Shown here one piece after another: positions 27,657-36,917 of a stretch of DNA of 51,397 nucleotides. Below the pieces are notes generated by a model, which made no database searches, had not been told where the DNA came from, and saw only the letters and a program-made list of their open reading frames with translations. The stretch is from Bacilli bacterium (GTDB lineage Bacteria > Bacillota_I > Bacilli_A > RFN20 > CAG-826). The position numbers were made by a program, and so were the translations under genes. The stretch is from assembly GCA_024695105.1 (NCBI GenBank), contig JAILIV010000046.1, positions 1 to 51,397 on the forward strand, read 5' to 3'. Position 1 is the first letter of the stretch. The number at the start of each line of letters is the position of its first letter.

Positions 27657-28131
27657 CAATCTCCACCTTTCGTCCGACGTAGCGCGTGTATTTCACGCCC
27701 GCCATGTCGAGCATATGGCGCGAGGCGGCCGAGCTGATTTGCTCGTGGTATTTATCATCGGCATAGACGATTTCCTTAATGCCGGTCTGGATGATGGCTT
27801 TCGCGCACTCGTTGCATGGGAAGAGGGTGACATAGATACGGCAGCCTTGAAGCGCCGACCCATCACGGGTGTTCAGAATCGCGTTGAACTCCGCGTGGCA
27901 AACGTAAAGGTATTTGGAATCCAGCCCTTCGCCATGCCCCCACGGGATTTTGTCGTCATCGACGCCACGGGGCATACCGTTATAGCCGATGCTGACGACT
28001 TTATTGTTCGGATCGACGATGCAAGCCCCCACTTGGGTGGACGGATCTTTGGAACGCTTCGCGGACAAAACGGCGATGCCCATGAAGTATTCGTCCCAGT
28101 TCAAATTGTCGGTGCGGTGTGTCTCTGCCAT
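27646..28131 (-). CDS. dCMP deaminase (ComEB-like)
   Basis: WDEYFM, RSKDPSTQVGA, GYNG, HAEFNA, PCNEC. Confidence 0.93.
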   Translation of the reverse strand: MAETHRTDNLNWDEYFMGIAVLSAKRSKDPSTQVGACIVDPNNKVVSIGYNGMPRGVDDDKIPWGHGEGLDSKYLYVCHAEFNAILNTRDGSALQGCRIYVTLFPCNECAKAIIQTGIKEIVYADDKYHEQISSAASRHMLDMAGVKYTRYVGRKVEIDVK

Positions 28132-28188
28132 AAGAAAGCCTCCAAGGCGTGATTATACACGCACGCGCTTATGTTGGAAGCGAAAGAC

Positions 28189-29814
28189 CTAGCCTACGTC
28201 GATGGCGCGCACGCCAAATGGGGGCAATCCCGCTGGAATATCTTCGCCTAGGGAAAGAAGCGTTTTCCCTTCGATATTACGCAAATAAACGGGAAGCTTA
28301 ATGGCTTTTGCAGAAAGGTTGATCAGTACCAAGATGCTGGCTTTGCCCAATACACGACGGAACGCAAAAAGCGGGCCTTTGCTGGGCAGCGGGTCAAAGT
28401 TTCCATGCGTTAATTCTTCGTGTTTTGCGCGCAAATCCAGCATCTTTCGGTAAAAGTTCAGCACGGATTCTGGATTCTTGTCTTCACATGCAACATTATG
28501 CGTCCCATCATCTTCCGCAAAGAGAAGCCATGCCTTATCCCCAGGGGTAAACCCTTGATTGATAGAGTTATCCCAACTCATCGGGGCGCGGCAGCTGTCG
28601 CGGTCGATGCCATTGCAAATCTTGTAACGAAGCCATTTGGGCAAATGGAAGCCTTTGGTGAGGCGTAGCACCGCTTGGGCGGCGCAATCGGTAGACGTTT
28701 CGGGGTCCTTCATCGGGGCATCCAGCATTCCTAGTTCCTGGCCTTGGTAGATGAAGGGTGTTCCCTTCAAAGTTAGAAGTAAGGTGCCTAAGGCCTTCGC
28801 GGAGGCGTCCCGATATTTCAAACTGCCGAAGCGGGCGATGCAGCGGTGCTGGTCGTGGTTCTCCCAATAGTTCGCGTTCCAAGGAATCGATTTTTGATAC
28901 TTGTATAGGACCTCGCGCAATTTGGCGGGGTTAACCTTCTTTGGAAGCGCTCCGAATAGCCCTTTGTCCAAAGCCACGTGCTCAAACGTGAAGAACATAT
29001 CCAACTCTTTATCGCGGAGGAAGCGGATACCATTTTCAATGTCGACGTTGAAAGTCTCCCCTACCACGATGTGATCCTCGTATTTGGAAAAGACGTCTTC
29101 GTACAAAGTGCGGAGGATTCGATGGTTCCCCTCCGTCATCAAATAATGCTCTTGGCCACGTCCGGAAGGATTACGGCCTGCGCCATCCTCAAAAGACTCT
29201 TTGTAAATTTGGTTAATGACGTCACAGCGGAAGCCATAGACCCCTTTGTCCAAATAAAAGCGGAGTATGTTCTCAACCTCTTCCAATACCTTAGGGTTAC
29301 GCCAGTTAAGGTCTGGTTGGGCCTTGTCATAAAGGTGAAGGTAATATTCGCCCAATTCTGGAACGTATTCCCAAGCCGTACCCGTGAACATCGATGTCCA
29401 GTTATTCGGTGGCACGCCCTCCTTCTTTCCTTTCTTGAAGATGTAATAATCGTGATAAGGCATCTCCCCTTTTAGGGCTGCACGGAACCAAGGGTGCTCG
29501 GAAGAAGTGTGGTTCACGACCAGATCCATGACGATGCGTAATCCCCGCTTTTTCGCCTCGGCGAGCAGCCTCTCAAAGTCTTCCATCGTCCCATATTCGG
29601 GATCGATTTCGTAATAATCCGCCACGTCGTAGCCCATGTCGAACTTCGGGCTTTTGTAAATGGGCGAAAGCCAGACGATCTTCACCCCAATCGAGGCGAT
29701 GTAATCCAGTTTGGAGATGATTCCAGGGATATCCCCTACCCCATCGCCGTTGGAGTCGCAAAAACTACGCGGATAAATTTGGTATACGGCACCGCTTTTC
29801 CATAACTGTTCCAT
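28189..29814 (-). CDS. GH13 alpha-glucosidase / oligo-1,6-glucosidase
   Basis: YQIYPRSF, DLVVNHTS, QPDLNW, GFRCDVI, VGE, ENHD, YQGQELGM. Confidence 0.92.
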   Translation of the reverse strand: MEQLWKSGAVYQIYPRSFCDSNGDGVGDIPGIISKLDYIASIGVKIVWLSPIYKSPKFDMGYDVADYYEIDPEYGTMEDFERLLAEAKKRGLRIVMDLVVNHTSSEHPWFRAALKGEMPYHDYYIFKKGKKEGVPPNNWTSMFTGTAWEYVPELGEYYLHLYDKAQPDLNWRNPKVLEEVENILRFYLDKGVYGFRCDVINQIYKESFEDGAGRNPSGRGQEHYLMTEGNHRILRTLYEDVFSKYEDHIVVGETFNVDIENGIRFLRDKELDMFFTFEHVALDKGLFGALPKKVNPAKLREVLYKYQKSIPWNANYWENHDQHRCIARFGSLKYRDASAKALGTLLLTLKGTPFIYQGQELGMLDAPMKDPETSTDCAAQAVLRLTKGFHLPKWLRYKICNGIDRDSCRAPMSWDNSINQGFTPGDKAWLLFAEDDGTHNVACEDKNPESVLNFYRKMLDLRAKHEELTHGNFDPLPSKGPLFAFRRVLGKASILVLINLSAKAIKLPVYLRNIEGKTLLSLGEDIPAGLPPFGVRAIDVG

Positions 29815-29837
29815 GCTTCCATTCTAAAGGCGCGCGC

Positions 29838-29864
29838 AAAAAGAAAAAGACCCGAACAGGGTCT
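29838..29864 (-). terminator. Intrinsic terminator after the small acidic ORF
   Basis: Minus strand AGACCC-TGTTC-GGGTCT then TTTTCTTTTT. Confidence 0.75.
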
Positions 29865-29880
29865 CTAACATGGGGTTTGG

Positions 29881-29997
29881 TTAATCGGCATCGAGAACCG
29901 ACTCTGTTTCTTCCGGTTCGCAGGAAAGCACCAAATCGACGAAGTCAGCGACTTCGGTCTCATCGGTCAATACTTGTTCGCGAGTGTTCTCGTCCAT
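29881..29997 (-). CDS. Small acidic protein, 38 aa (MDENTREQVLTDETEVADFVDLVLSCEPEETESVLDAD)
   Basis: Below the ORF-track cutoff; fills the gap before a terminator; no clear SD; alternative in-frame ATG at 30045. Confidence 0.5.
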   Translation of the reverse strand: MDENTREQVLTDETEVADFVDLVLSCEPEETESVLDAD

Positions 29998-30081
29998 GGG
30001 ATTCGTGGAAAGTGTATCGAAGATAAAGAATCCTACAAGAGGCATTTCCTATACACTGTCCGAGTTTTTCTTTCTTAAGCC

Positions 30082-30240
30082 CTAAAGCACCAAAATGAAG
30101 ATGAGGCAGACCCCCATCAAAGCAATGAGCACGCCCCAAAAAACCAGCCACTTCCAGCTGATGGGCTTCTTCTCTAATTCCTTCTTTTGTTCGGGAGTGA
30201 GCAAAGACTCATCGACCTGTGGTTCTTCCTCTTCTCTCAT
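30082..30240 (-). CDS. Small tail-anchored membrane protein, 52 aa
   Basis: MREEEEPQVDESLLTPEQKKELEKKPISWKWLVFWGVLIALMGVCLIFILVL; ATGA overlap with the folC-like stop. Confidence 0.75.
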   Translation of the reverse strand: MREEEEPQVDESLLTPEQKKELEKKPISWKWLVFWGVLIALMGVCLIFILVL

Positions 30241-31469
30241 GCGGGCAATCCTTCCGTTTCGATGCGCTGACGAACCATGCCTACGAACTCAAAAGAGCCC
30301 GTCACCAAGATCGCGTCTTCGGGATGCTCGGCAAGAAGTTTGCCCAAAGCCGCCCATGCGTCTTCTTCAAAAGGATGGTCATCGGCATAGATCATGAAGT
30401 CGATGCCATCGCGGGCTAGGGGATGGTCAAACGTCGTTAACGTGATGGTATAAACGGCATTAGCCAAGGTTGGAAGTTCCACCGCAATGTTCTTTTCCCG
30501 GAGCGAAGCAAAGAGGACGTGCACCGGTTTTCCTTGCCCAATCGTACGGGCGCAGCGGGCAAGGGCCTCCGCGGATTCGGGGTTATGCGCAGCGTCAAGC
30601 ATCACGCGGCCAAAGCGTTCAAAGCGAACGGGGAGATTTGGCTTACCTAATCCAGCGCGGACGGCTTCTTCCGTAACGGGGAAATCGTTTTGTAGCAGCC
30701 TCGTGGCCTCAATGGCTAAGGAAGCGTTGATGACTTGGTAGGAAGCATCCGTGCCAAGCACCACATCCTTGTATGGGCCATAGTCAAAATGGAACTTACC
30801 TTCGACCAAATGCTCGAAGTGGAACGCCTCCACGCGGTAAAGCGTCGATTTTTGTTTCAGCGCTTCCTCGCGGATCGTGTCTAAAGTCGTCGTGTCGATG
30901 TTGCCCACGAGAACCGGAGCCTGGGGTTTGATGATTCCCGCGGCGTGAAGGGCGATTTGGGAAAGGGTGGTCCCAAGTTCCGCCGTGTTATCCATCGAGA
31001 CGGAAGCGATGATGGAAAGGCGTGTGTCCAGCGTCTCAAGATTCGTGGGGTCAAGCGCACCGCCTAAACCTGTCTCCACAATGACGAGATCGGGTTTCTT
31101 TTCCTCGAAATACCGATAAGCCAAAGCAACCGATGCTTGGAAGTAAGTCAGGCCGAATCTATTCAAGTCTTTCTCGTTTTTGTGGAATAGTTCCAGCAAG
31201 TCCTTCGAAGGAATATTCTCTCCCCCAAAGCGGACCATTCCCTGTAATCCATCCAAGGAAGAAGAGAAGAACGCACCTACGCGATACCCCGCGGCAAGAT
31301 ATATGGATTCTAGGTAATGAACCAGGCAGCTTTTGCCGATGCTTCCCGCGACCTGGATCACAGGACAAGAAAGGATAAGTTTCCGTTTTGCGCAGTATTT
31401 CTCAAATTCGTCGCTGGTTAATGGGGCTTTGGAAAGCTTCGATAACGCCTTCTCGATTTCTTCGTGCAT
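30237..31469 (-). CDS. folC: FolC-like folylpolyglutamate/dihydrofolate synthase (Mur ligase fold), divergent
   Basis: VIQVAGSIGK, ETGLGGALDPTN, IALHAAGIIKP, YQVINASLA, RFE, LDAAHNP, LVTGS. Confidence 0.8.
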   Translation of the reverse strand: MHEEIEKALSKLSKAPLTSDEFEKYCAKRKLILSCPVIQVAGSIGKSCLVHYLESIYLAAGYRVGAFFSSSLDGLQGMVRFGGENIPSKDLLELFHKNEKDLNRFGLTYFQASVALAYRYFEEKKPDLVIVETGLGGALDPTNLETLDTRLSIIASVSMDNTAELGTTLSQIALHAAGIIKPQAPVLVGNIDTTTLDTIREEALKQKSTLYRVEAFHFEHLVEGKFHFDYGPYKDVVLGTDASYQVINASLAIEATRLLQNDFPVTEEAVRAGLGKPNLPVRFERFGRVMLDAAHNPESAEALARCARTIGQGKPVHVLFASLREKNIAVELPTLANAVYTITLTTFDHPLARDGIDFMIYADDHPFEEDAWAALGKLLAEHPEDAILVTGSFEFVGMVRQRIETEGLPA

Positions 31470-31948
31470 TAGTCTTTATCCCCTTTCCCTTGGTCGCGCA
31501 GGGCCTTTCCCATCTCGCGTTTTTGGTCACGTTCTTTGATGGTATCCCGCTTGTCATGCGCCTTCTTACCTTTGGCCAAGGCGATTTCCATCTTGGCATA
31601 CCCACGGGACAAAAACACTTTCGTCGGAACGACCGTCATGCCGGTCCCGGTAAGCTCACGTTCCAGTTTTCGGATCTCCTGCTTCCGGAGCAGAAGTTTC
31701 CGAACGCGTAGCGGATCCACGTTCCATACCGTCCCATCCTTATACTGGGAGATATGCATATTATTGACCCACGCCTCGCCGTTACGGATCGTGACATAGG
31801 AGTCCGAAAGGGAGGCATTGCCCGCGCGAAGCGATTTGATTTCCGTGCCCGTCAAAACCAAACCCGCCACCATGAAATCGGAGAGGAAATACAAAAAGTG
31901 CGCCTTACGGTTCTCAAGCAAAACGTTGTTTCCCGATTTCTTTGCCAT
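31469..31948 (-). CDS. smpB: SsrA-binding protein
   Basis: NRKAHF, AGLVLTGTEIKSLR, RVRKLLL, LAKGKKAHDKRDTIK. Confidence 0.97.
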   Translation of the reverse strand: MAKKSGNNVLLENRKAHFLYFLSDFMVAGLVLTGTEIKSLRAGNASLSDSYVTIRNGEAWVNNMHISQYKDGTVWNVDPLRVRKLLLRKQEIRKLERELTGTGMTVVPTKVFLSRGYAKMEIALAKGKKAHDKRDTIKERDQKREMGKALRDQGKGDKD

Positions 31949-32002
31949 AGGTACGTCACGAATTATACAAAGGCCCAAGCCTTTTTTCCTTGTTTTTCCA
32001 CC

Positions 32003-32035
32003 AAAAATAAAAGGGCGCGACTAGAATCGCGCCCC
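32003..32035 (-). terminator. Intrinsic terminator after gpmA
   Basis: Minus strand GGGCGCGA-TTCTAG-TCGCGCCC then TTTTATTTTT. Confidence 0.8.
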
Positions 32036-32052
32036 TTATAAGCGATTACGGA

Positions 32053-32763
32053 TTACAGGTAGTACTTCGCGAGCACTTCCAAGGTCTTCTCATCGAGTTC
32101 GTAGACGAGCGGTTTGCCCGTGGGGATCTCAACGGAGATGATCTGGTCGGGAGTGAGATGCTCCAGCATCATGACGATGGCGCGCAGCGAGTTGCCGTGG
32201 GCGGCGATCAACACCTTCTTGCCCGCGTGAATCTCGGGGGCGATCTTCCCGTCCCAATAAGGTTTGACGCGCTCGGCGGTGTCGATGAGGCATTCGGTGA
32301 GAGGGCAATCCTCGATCGTCATCTCGCCCTGTTTGATGAGGTTCTGGTATTTCTCCTGGTTGCCCGGCCAGCGCTCATCCTCTTTGGTGAGGGCTAGAGG
32401 CGGAACGTCGGCGCTACGGCGCCAAATGTGGACTTGCTCATCGCCCCACTTCTTCGCGGATTCGGCTTTGTTGAGGCCTTGGAGGGCGCCATAGTGACGC
32501 TCATTGAGACGCCAGGAATAGAATTTGGGAAGCTTGTCGAATTCCCCGAGTTCGGTGAGGGCGAATTCCATCGTCTTGTTCGCGCGCTCCAAAACGGAGG
32601 AGAACGCGACGTCGAAGGAGTATCCCTTCTCCTTGAGCAGTTTGCCTGCTTCGTGAGCTTCTTTTACGCCTTGCTCGGAAAGGTGCACGTCGGTCCAGCC
32701 GGTGAACAGATTGGAAAGATTCCATTCCGATTGGCCATGACGGATGAGAACAAGTTTGACCAT
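32053..32763 (-). CDS. gpmA: 2,3-bisphosphoglycerate-dependent phosphoglycerate mutase
   Basis: LVLIRHGQSEWN...FTGWTDV, RLNERHYGALQGLNK, AHGNSLR, IPTGKPLVYE; start 32763 behind GAAAGG. Confidence 0.96.
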   Translation of the reverse strand: MVKLVLIRHGQSEWNLSNLFTGWTDVHLSEQGVKEAHEAGKLLKEKGYSFDVAFSSVLERANKTMEFALTELGEFDKLPKFYSWRLNERHYGALQGLNKAESAKKWGDEQVHIWRRSADVPPLALTKEDERWPGNQEKYQNLIKQGEMTIEDCPLTECLIDTAERVKPYWDGKIAPEIHAGKKVLIAAHGNSLRAIVMMLEHLTPDQIISVEIPTGKPLVYELDEKTLEVLAKYYL

Positions 32764-32850
32764 TGTTTGTATTTTCCTTTCGGTGACAAAAAGATTATAC
32801 GGCATCCGTTCCTGCGTGGAAGAAAAAAGCAGGGTTTACCCTGCGTCCTT

Positions 32851-34242
32851 CTACTTGTTTTGTTTCTGCGCTTCTTCCGCCTCTAAGTCTTTCGGGTCCA
32901 CGACCGTGTGGTGGTCAATGTGTTTCCACGTGACCTTCATGAACGCGGCAACCGCCGAAATGGGAAGGTTGATCAATTGATAAATGGGGAAGAGGAAGAT
33001 GTAGATGATGGTCTTGGGCAAGGAAAGGTGGAACCTTTTCCATTCGCGGATGACGGTCAGCAAATCGTTGAGGAGATTGGTGACGTAAATACCGCCTAAC
33101 ATCGTGCCAATCCAAATAAAGAACGATTGCCAGCTGTACCCATGGTCTCCCAAGACGAAGAAGAGGACCAACGAAGCCACTTGGTAGGTCAACGTGAAAT
33201 AGAAGCTATACAGGGAGAAGGGGAAGATTTGCCAATACATGTCGTATTTGCCCCACGCCGGCTTCTTGAAGAAAGACTTCATTAGCGGCCAACCATAGCG
33301 GTTGAAGGACATGATGTTCCCTTTGGTCCAGCGCATTTGCTGACGGATGAAGATGCCCACCTTCGTCGGCTCTTCCTCATAGAAGACGGCCTCTTCACAA
33401 TAGCCGAGGTGATAGCCTCTCCCGGCAAGGTCGGTCTGAATGTCGAGGTCTTCGGTAAGGCCCGTCCAGTTCCAACCATCCTTCAGCAAATAGGAACGGA
33501 AGCAGCAGCTGGTGCCGTACACCTGCTGGTTGGTGTTAAGCATCGAACGGGCGCGCTGACCCGTGACGACGTTGACATAGACGTTCATGCCGCACATCGC
33601 AGAAATCCAGTTCTCGGGAAGGTTTTTGGCATTGCGGTAGGCGACGGCCTCGTCGAATCCGCTGTGGACCATGCAGTTGTTGTACTTGCGCAGGAAGCTG
33701 GTGGAGACGACGTTGTCGGCATCCATGACGATGTAGGCGAAATAATCCTTCTCCAAATCATGGGTCTTCGCGTATTCCTTTAGGGCGTATTGCAAGCCAA
33801 AGCCTTTCGTGCGGTGCTCAGGATCCTGACGTTCCACGACGAAAGCGCCCTTCTCACGCGCGATTTGGGCGGTCTTGTCGTCCTCGTCACAGTTGTCCGC
33901 GACAACGATGATGTCGATGAGTTCCTGGGGATAATCCATCGCGCGGATGGAATCGATGAGATTGGCGATGACCAATTCTTCGTTACGGGCAGGTAACAAG
34001 AAGCAATAACGGTTGGTCGCGGGCGCTTCCGGGTAGCGGCGCGACTTGCCAAACACGCCCAAAATCAAATAAAAGAACTTATAGGCGACGAACAAGCCGA
34101 AGATAAAGGTGATGGAAGAATAAAAGAGGTTCAGCCATGCCTGAACGGGAATCGGATTGCCTTCCTGAATGGCCCTTGCCATCAAGTCGGCCCCAAATAG
34201 GCCGAGGATCCAATTCTTTATGCCTTCCCAAAACTGATCCAT
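32851..34242 (-). CDS. Processive GT2-family glycosyltransferase (synthase-like)
   Basis: PARNE, ADNC, KG, DAD, TED and QQMRW motifs with flanking TM helices. Confidence 0.9.
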   Translation of the reverse strand: MDQFWEGIKNWILGLFGADLMARAIQEGNPIPVQAWLNLFYSSITFIFGLFVAYKFFYLILGVFGKSRRYPEAPATNRYCFLLPARNEELVIANLIDSIRAMDYPQELIDIIVVADNCDEDDKTAQIAREKGAFVVERQDPEHRTKGFGLQYALKEYAKTHDLEKDYFAYIVMDADNVVSTSFLRKYNNCMVHSGFDEAVAYRNAKNLPENWISAMCGMNVYVNVVTGQRARSMLNTNQQVYGTSCCFRSYLLKDGWNWTGLTEDLDIQTDLAGRGYHLGYCEEAVFYEEEPTKVGIFIRQQMRWTKGNIMSFNRYGWPLMKSFFKKPAWGKYDMYWQIFPFSLYSFYFTLTYQVASLVLFFVLGDHGYSWQSFFIWIGTMLGGIYVTNLLNDLLTVIREWKRFHLSLPKTIIYIFLFPIYQLINLPISAVAAFMKVTWKHIDHHTVVDPKDLEAEEAQKQNK

Positions 34243-34300
34243 AACAACGCGGACGCATTATACCCTTTTAACGCGCATATACGTAAAGAATAAAATGCAA

Positions 34301-34990
34301 TTAGCAACGGGAAAGGAAACGCAGCCCTAACAAGCAGGCGCGCTCCGAAGCGATGGGTTTGAACTGAGCGTATTCCTTTTCGTGGTCCACGGCATCCGAC
34401 ACCACGCGAAGGCAAGCAAAGGGGACGCCACGCACAAAACACGCCTCTGCGAAGGCGGCGGTTTCCATATCAATCAGAAGGCAGCCAAACCGTTCTTTGA
34501 TCCGTCTTTTCTCGTTTTCTTCGGAGATAAACCGGTCGCCGGTCGCGATGATGCCTTCGCAGAATAACGTATCGATATCCCTGCAACTATCCTGCAAAAG
34601 GCCAACCAAATTGTTATCGGCGTCAATCTTAACCCGGTTCAGCCCGTTCAAATATCCGGGCACATCCCCAAAGAAGGTCGTGTCCATGTCGTGCTGCACG
34701 AAAGAAGTCGCCACCACGGCGCAAAGAAGAGGGGCTTTGGAGGCGTCCAAAGATCCCCCGATGCCAAGGTTCACGAACGCGTCGATCTCCGGATGAAGCA
34801 AGGCGGCTCCCGTCACCGCGGCCGAAGCAAGCACCTTCCCAATCCCGGAAACGCACACATAAAACTCTTTTCCTTCGTACGAGCAAAAATGGCATTTGGA
34901 AAAACCGATTTGTTCCGTTCGAAGCAGTTGGGCCTTCTGAAGCATCGGCTCCGCTTCCGATTCCATCGCGAACAGGAAGCAAGGTCTCAT
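34301..34990 (-). CDS. mtnN: MTA/SAH nucleosidase
   Basis: AMESE, SGIGKV, QHDMD, TGDRFI, DMETAA, RVVSD. Confidence 0.88.
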   Translation of the reverse strand: MRPCFLFAMESEAEPMLQKAQLLRTEQIGFSKCHFCSYEGKEFYVCVSGIGKVLASAAVTGAALLHPEIDAFVNLGIGGSLDASKAPLLCAVVATSFVQHDMDTTFFGDVPGYLNGLNRVKIDADNNLVGLLQDSCRDIDTLFCEGIIATGDRFISEENEKRRIKERFGCLLIDMETAAFAEACFVRGVPFACLRVVSDAVDHEKEYAQFKPIASERACLLGLRFLSRC

Positions 34991-35634
34991 TTGCTTTCCC
35001 CAGGTTCTTTTTGGGTGCGCCCTCCGGCATTGAAGATGACGCCAAAGGACAGGAAGAATATTTTAAAGTCCTCCCAGAAGGAAAGATTTCGCGCATACTC
35101 GCTATCCAAATCCGCCTTGTGTTGGGGATTGTGGTCGCGATGAAGCTTCACTTGGGCCAAACCACTAAGTCCCGGTTTCACCACGAAAGCGTGGGGATTG
35201 GTAGAACGCCTTGCGAGCACCAAGGAACGTTCATGTTCCTCGTCTTGGCAAGGACGGGGGCCAATAAAAGACATTTTCCCAATGAAAATCGTGAAGAGCT
35301 GAGGCAATTCATCAATGGAGGTGGAACGCATGAACCTCCCCCATTTCGTCACGTATTTTTTCGCTTCCGACGGGGGCAACTCACACGTCGCCACCTGAGG
35401 GGCATCCGCCCGCATGGAGCGGAACTTCAGCATCGTAAAAGGTACTTCATCCTTTCCAAGGCGCTTTTGTTTGAACAAAGCCGGTCCTTTGGAAGTGCAG
35501 CGCGTAACGATGGCGACGACGGCCATCGGAACAGCGCCCAATAGGATCAATAAACCGGAAAGAAAAATATCGAGGATACGCTTGATGACAAGATAGACCT
35601 TCTGGTGGTTTTTAAACTGAAACGTCCCTTCCAT
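34987..35634 (-). CDS. Bacterial sugar transferase (polyprenyl-phosphate phosphoglycosyl transferase)
   Basis: KRILD, LFKQKRLG, KFRSM, RSTSIDELPQL, GKMSFIGPRP, KPGLSGLAQV. Confidence 0.92.
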   Translation of the reverse strand: MEGTFQFKNHQKVYLVIKRILDIFLSGLLILLGAVPMAVVAIVTRCTSKGPALFKQKRLGKDEVPFTMLKFRSMRADAPQVATCELPPSEAKKYVTKWGRFMRSTSIDELPQLFTIFIGKMSFIGPRPCQDEEHERSLVLARRSTNPHAFVVKPGLSGLAQVKLHRDHNPQHKADLDSEYARNLSFWEDFKIFFLSFGVIFNAGGRTQKEPGESK

Positions 35635-35694
35635 CGCCCGTCTATTCTATTCTTCGGGCGCGCATAAGCAAAGGAGGAAATCAACGAAGCGAAA

Positions 35695-36171
35695 TCAGGG
35701 ATCTTCGCGCTTTTTCGGGTCATCGAAGATCGTGGGCCGAGAGCCACCATCACGTAGGTTGGCCACGACGTCGATGCAATCCGTGACGGCGAATAGGAAA
35801 TAGTTCAACTGGGCACGTACTTCTTCGTAGTCTACATGGAGGCGATGCTGCAAAAGGGCGGTATGGACGAATTTGTTCCGTGCGCTGACGACTTGGTAGA
35901 TCAATTGCTGCTGGTAGCCTGTGATGTCGCCAATGTTCATGAGTTCTTCCGTCAATGAGCCTAGGGTCATGCAGCGAAGCGCGTCGGCGGTATCCACCCG
36001 TTCCGCCAAGTAACGGCGATATTCGTTCTCCCACTCTTGCACCGCCTCCATGGCCTCACCACAGGCCGCATAAGCGTCTTCCTTGCAGGTGAAGGGACGA
36101 GGAAAACGAGGCGAATACTCCTCCGGAATCGTCTCGGGGATGTCGATGATATGAAACGGAAGAAGCTCCAT
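35695..36171 (-). CDS. Hypothetical helical protein
   Basis: Only sizeable ORF filling the gap; start uncertain (36171, 36183 or 36213); contains TLGSL...ARNKFVH, an RNxxxH-like segment. Confidence 0.65.
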   Translation of the reverse strand: MELLPFHIIDIPETIPEEYSPRFPRPFTCKEDAYAACGEAMEAVQEWENEYRRYLAERVDTADALRCMTLGSLTEELMNIGDITGYQQQLIYQVVSARNKFVHTALLQHRLHVDYEEVRAQLNYFLFAVTDCIDVVANLRDGGSRPTIFDDPKKREDP

Positions 36172-36236
36172 CCTTGGTCTCATTATAACCTCATCGCCCC
36201 TACCCCAAGGCACTCAAAAAGGCGGATAATTCCCTT

Positions 36237-36917
36237 ATGGCGGAAATAACCCGAGGCAATTGCTATCGCACGGTCGCGCTTCTATCCACCCGAACGGAAA
36301 AAGGCGTGGACGTCGCCACCGGCGTGTTTTTGCTTGGAAAAGACGGGACGCCTTACCTATTCACCGCAGGGCATTTTGGAAAACACGTGAACGCGTCTAC
36401 CCTCGTGGAATTACCTAACGGACCCGGAATGAAGCCTTCGGTCTTCTCCCTGCTGGCGTTGACCCAAGGCAACCGCAAAGATTCCCCTTTGGCGGACCTA
36501 AGCGCCTTCCCCTTAACGGGTATCAAGCCACAGGAAAAGAAAATGTTCACCAGCCGTTTCATAACCTACGCGGCGCTTTTAGGCGACGGAGCCCATCCCT
36601 TAAACCGAGAAACCGAGCTTACCACAATGGGTTTCCCCGAAGGACTAGGCCATGACGTCAAAGGGTGCTTGGTCCCATTGTCTTTTCGCACTTACGCCTC
36701 CAGCGATTGCTTCTATCTTCGCGATGAGGCATACAAAGAACCCCTTCAAGTGTTCGCGTTGGAAAATGCCTCATTAGGTGGCTATTCCGGAGCGCCCGTC
36801 TTCGACCTTGGGAGCAAGAACAACGGGCTGGTGGGCTTTATCAAGGGGAACTTGGACGCCAAAGGCGGATCCATCGCCATCGTGACCCCAGCCATCTACG
36901 CCAAATACTTAATGTAA
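36237..36917 (+). CDS. Trypsin-like serine protease, no signal peptide
   Basis: Catalytic triad motifs LFTAGH, ADLSAF, GGYSGAPVF...GLVG. Confidence 0.8.
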   Translation: MAEITRGNCYRTVALLSTRTEKGVDVATGVFLLGKDGTPYLFTAGHFGKHVNASTLVELPNGPGMKPSVFSLLALTQGNRKDSPLADLSAFPLTGIKPQEKKMFTSRFITYAALLGDGAHPLNRETELTTMGFPEGLGHDVKGCLVPLSFRTYASSDCFYLRDEAYKEPLQVFALENASLGGYSGAPVFDLGSKNNGLVGFIKGNLDAKGGSIAIVTPAIYAKYLM

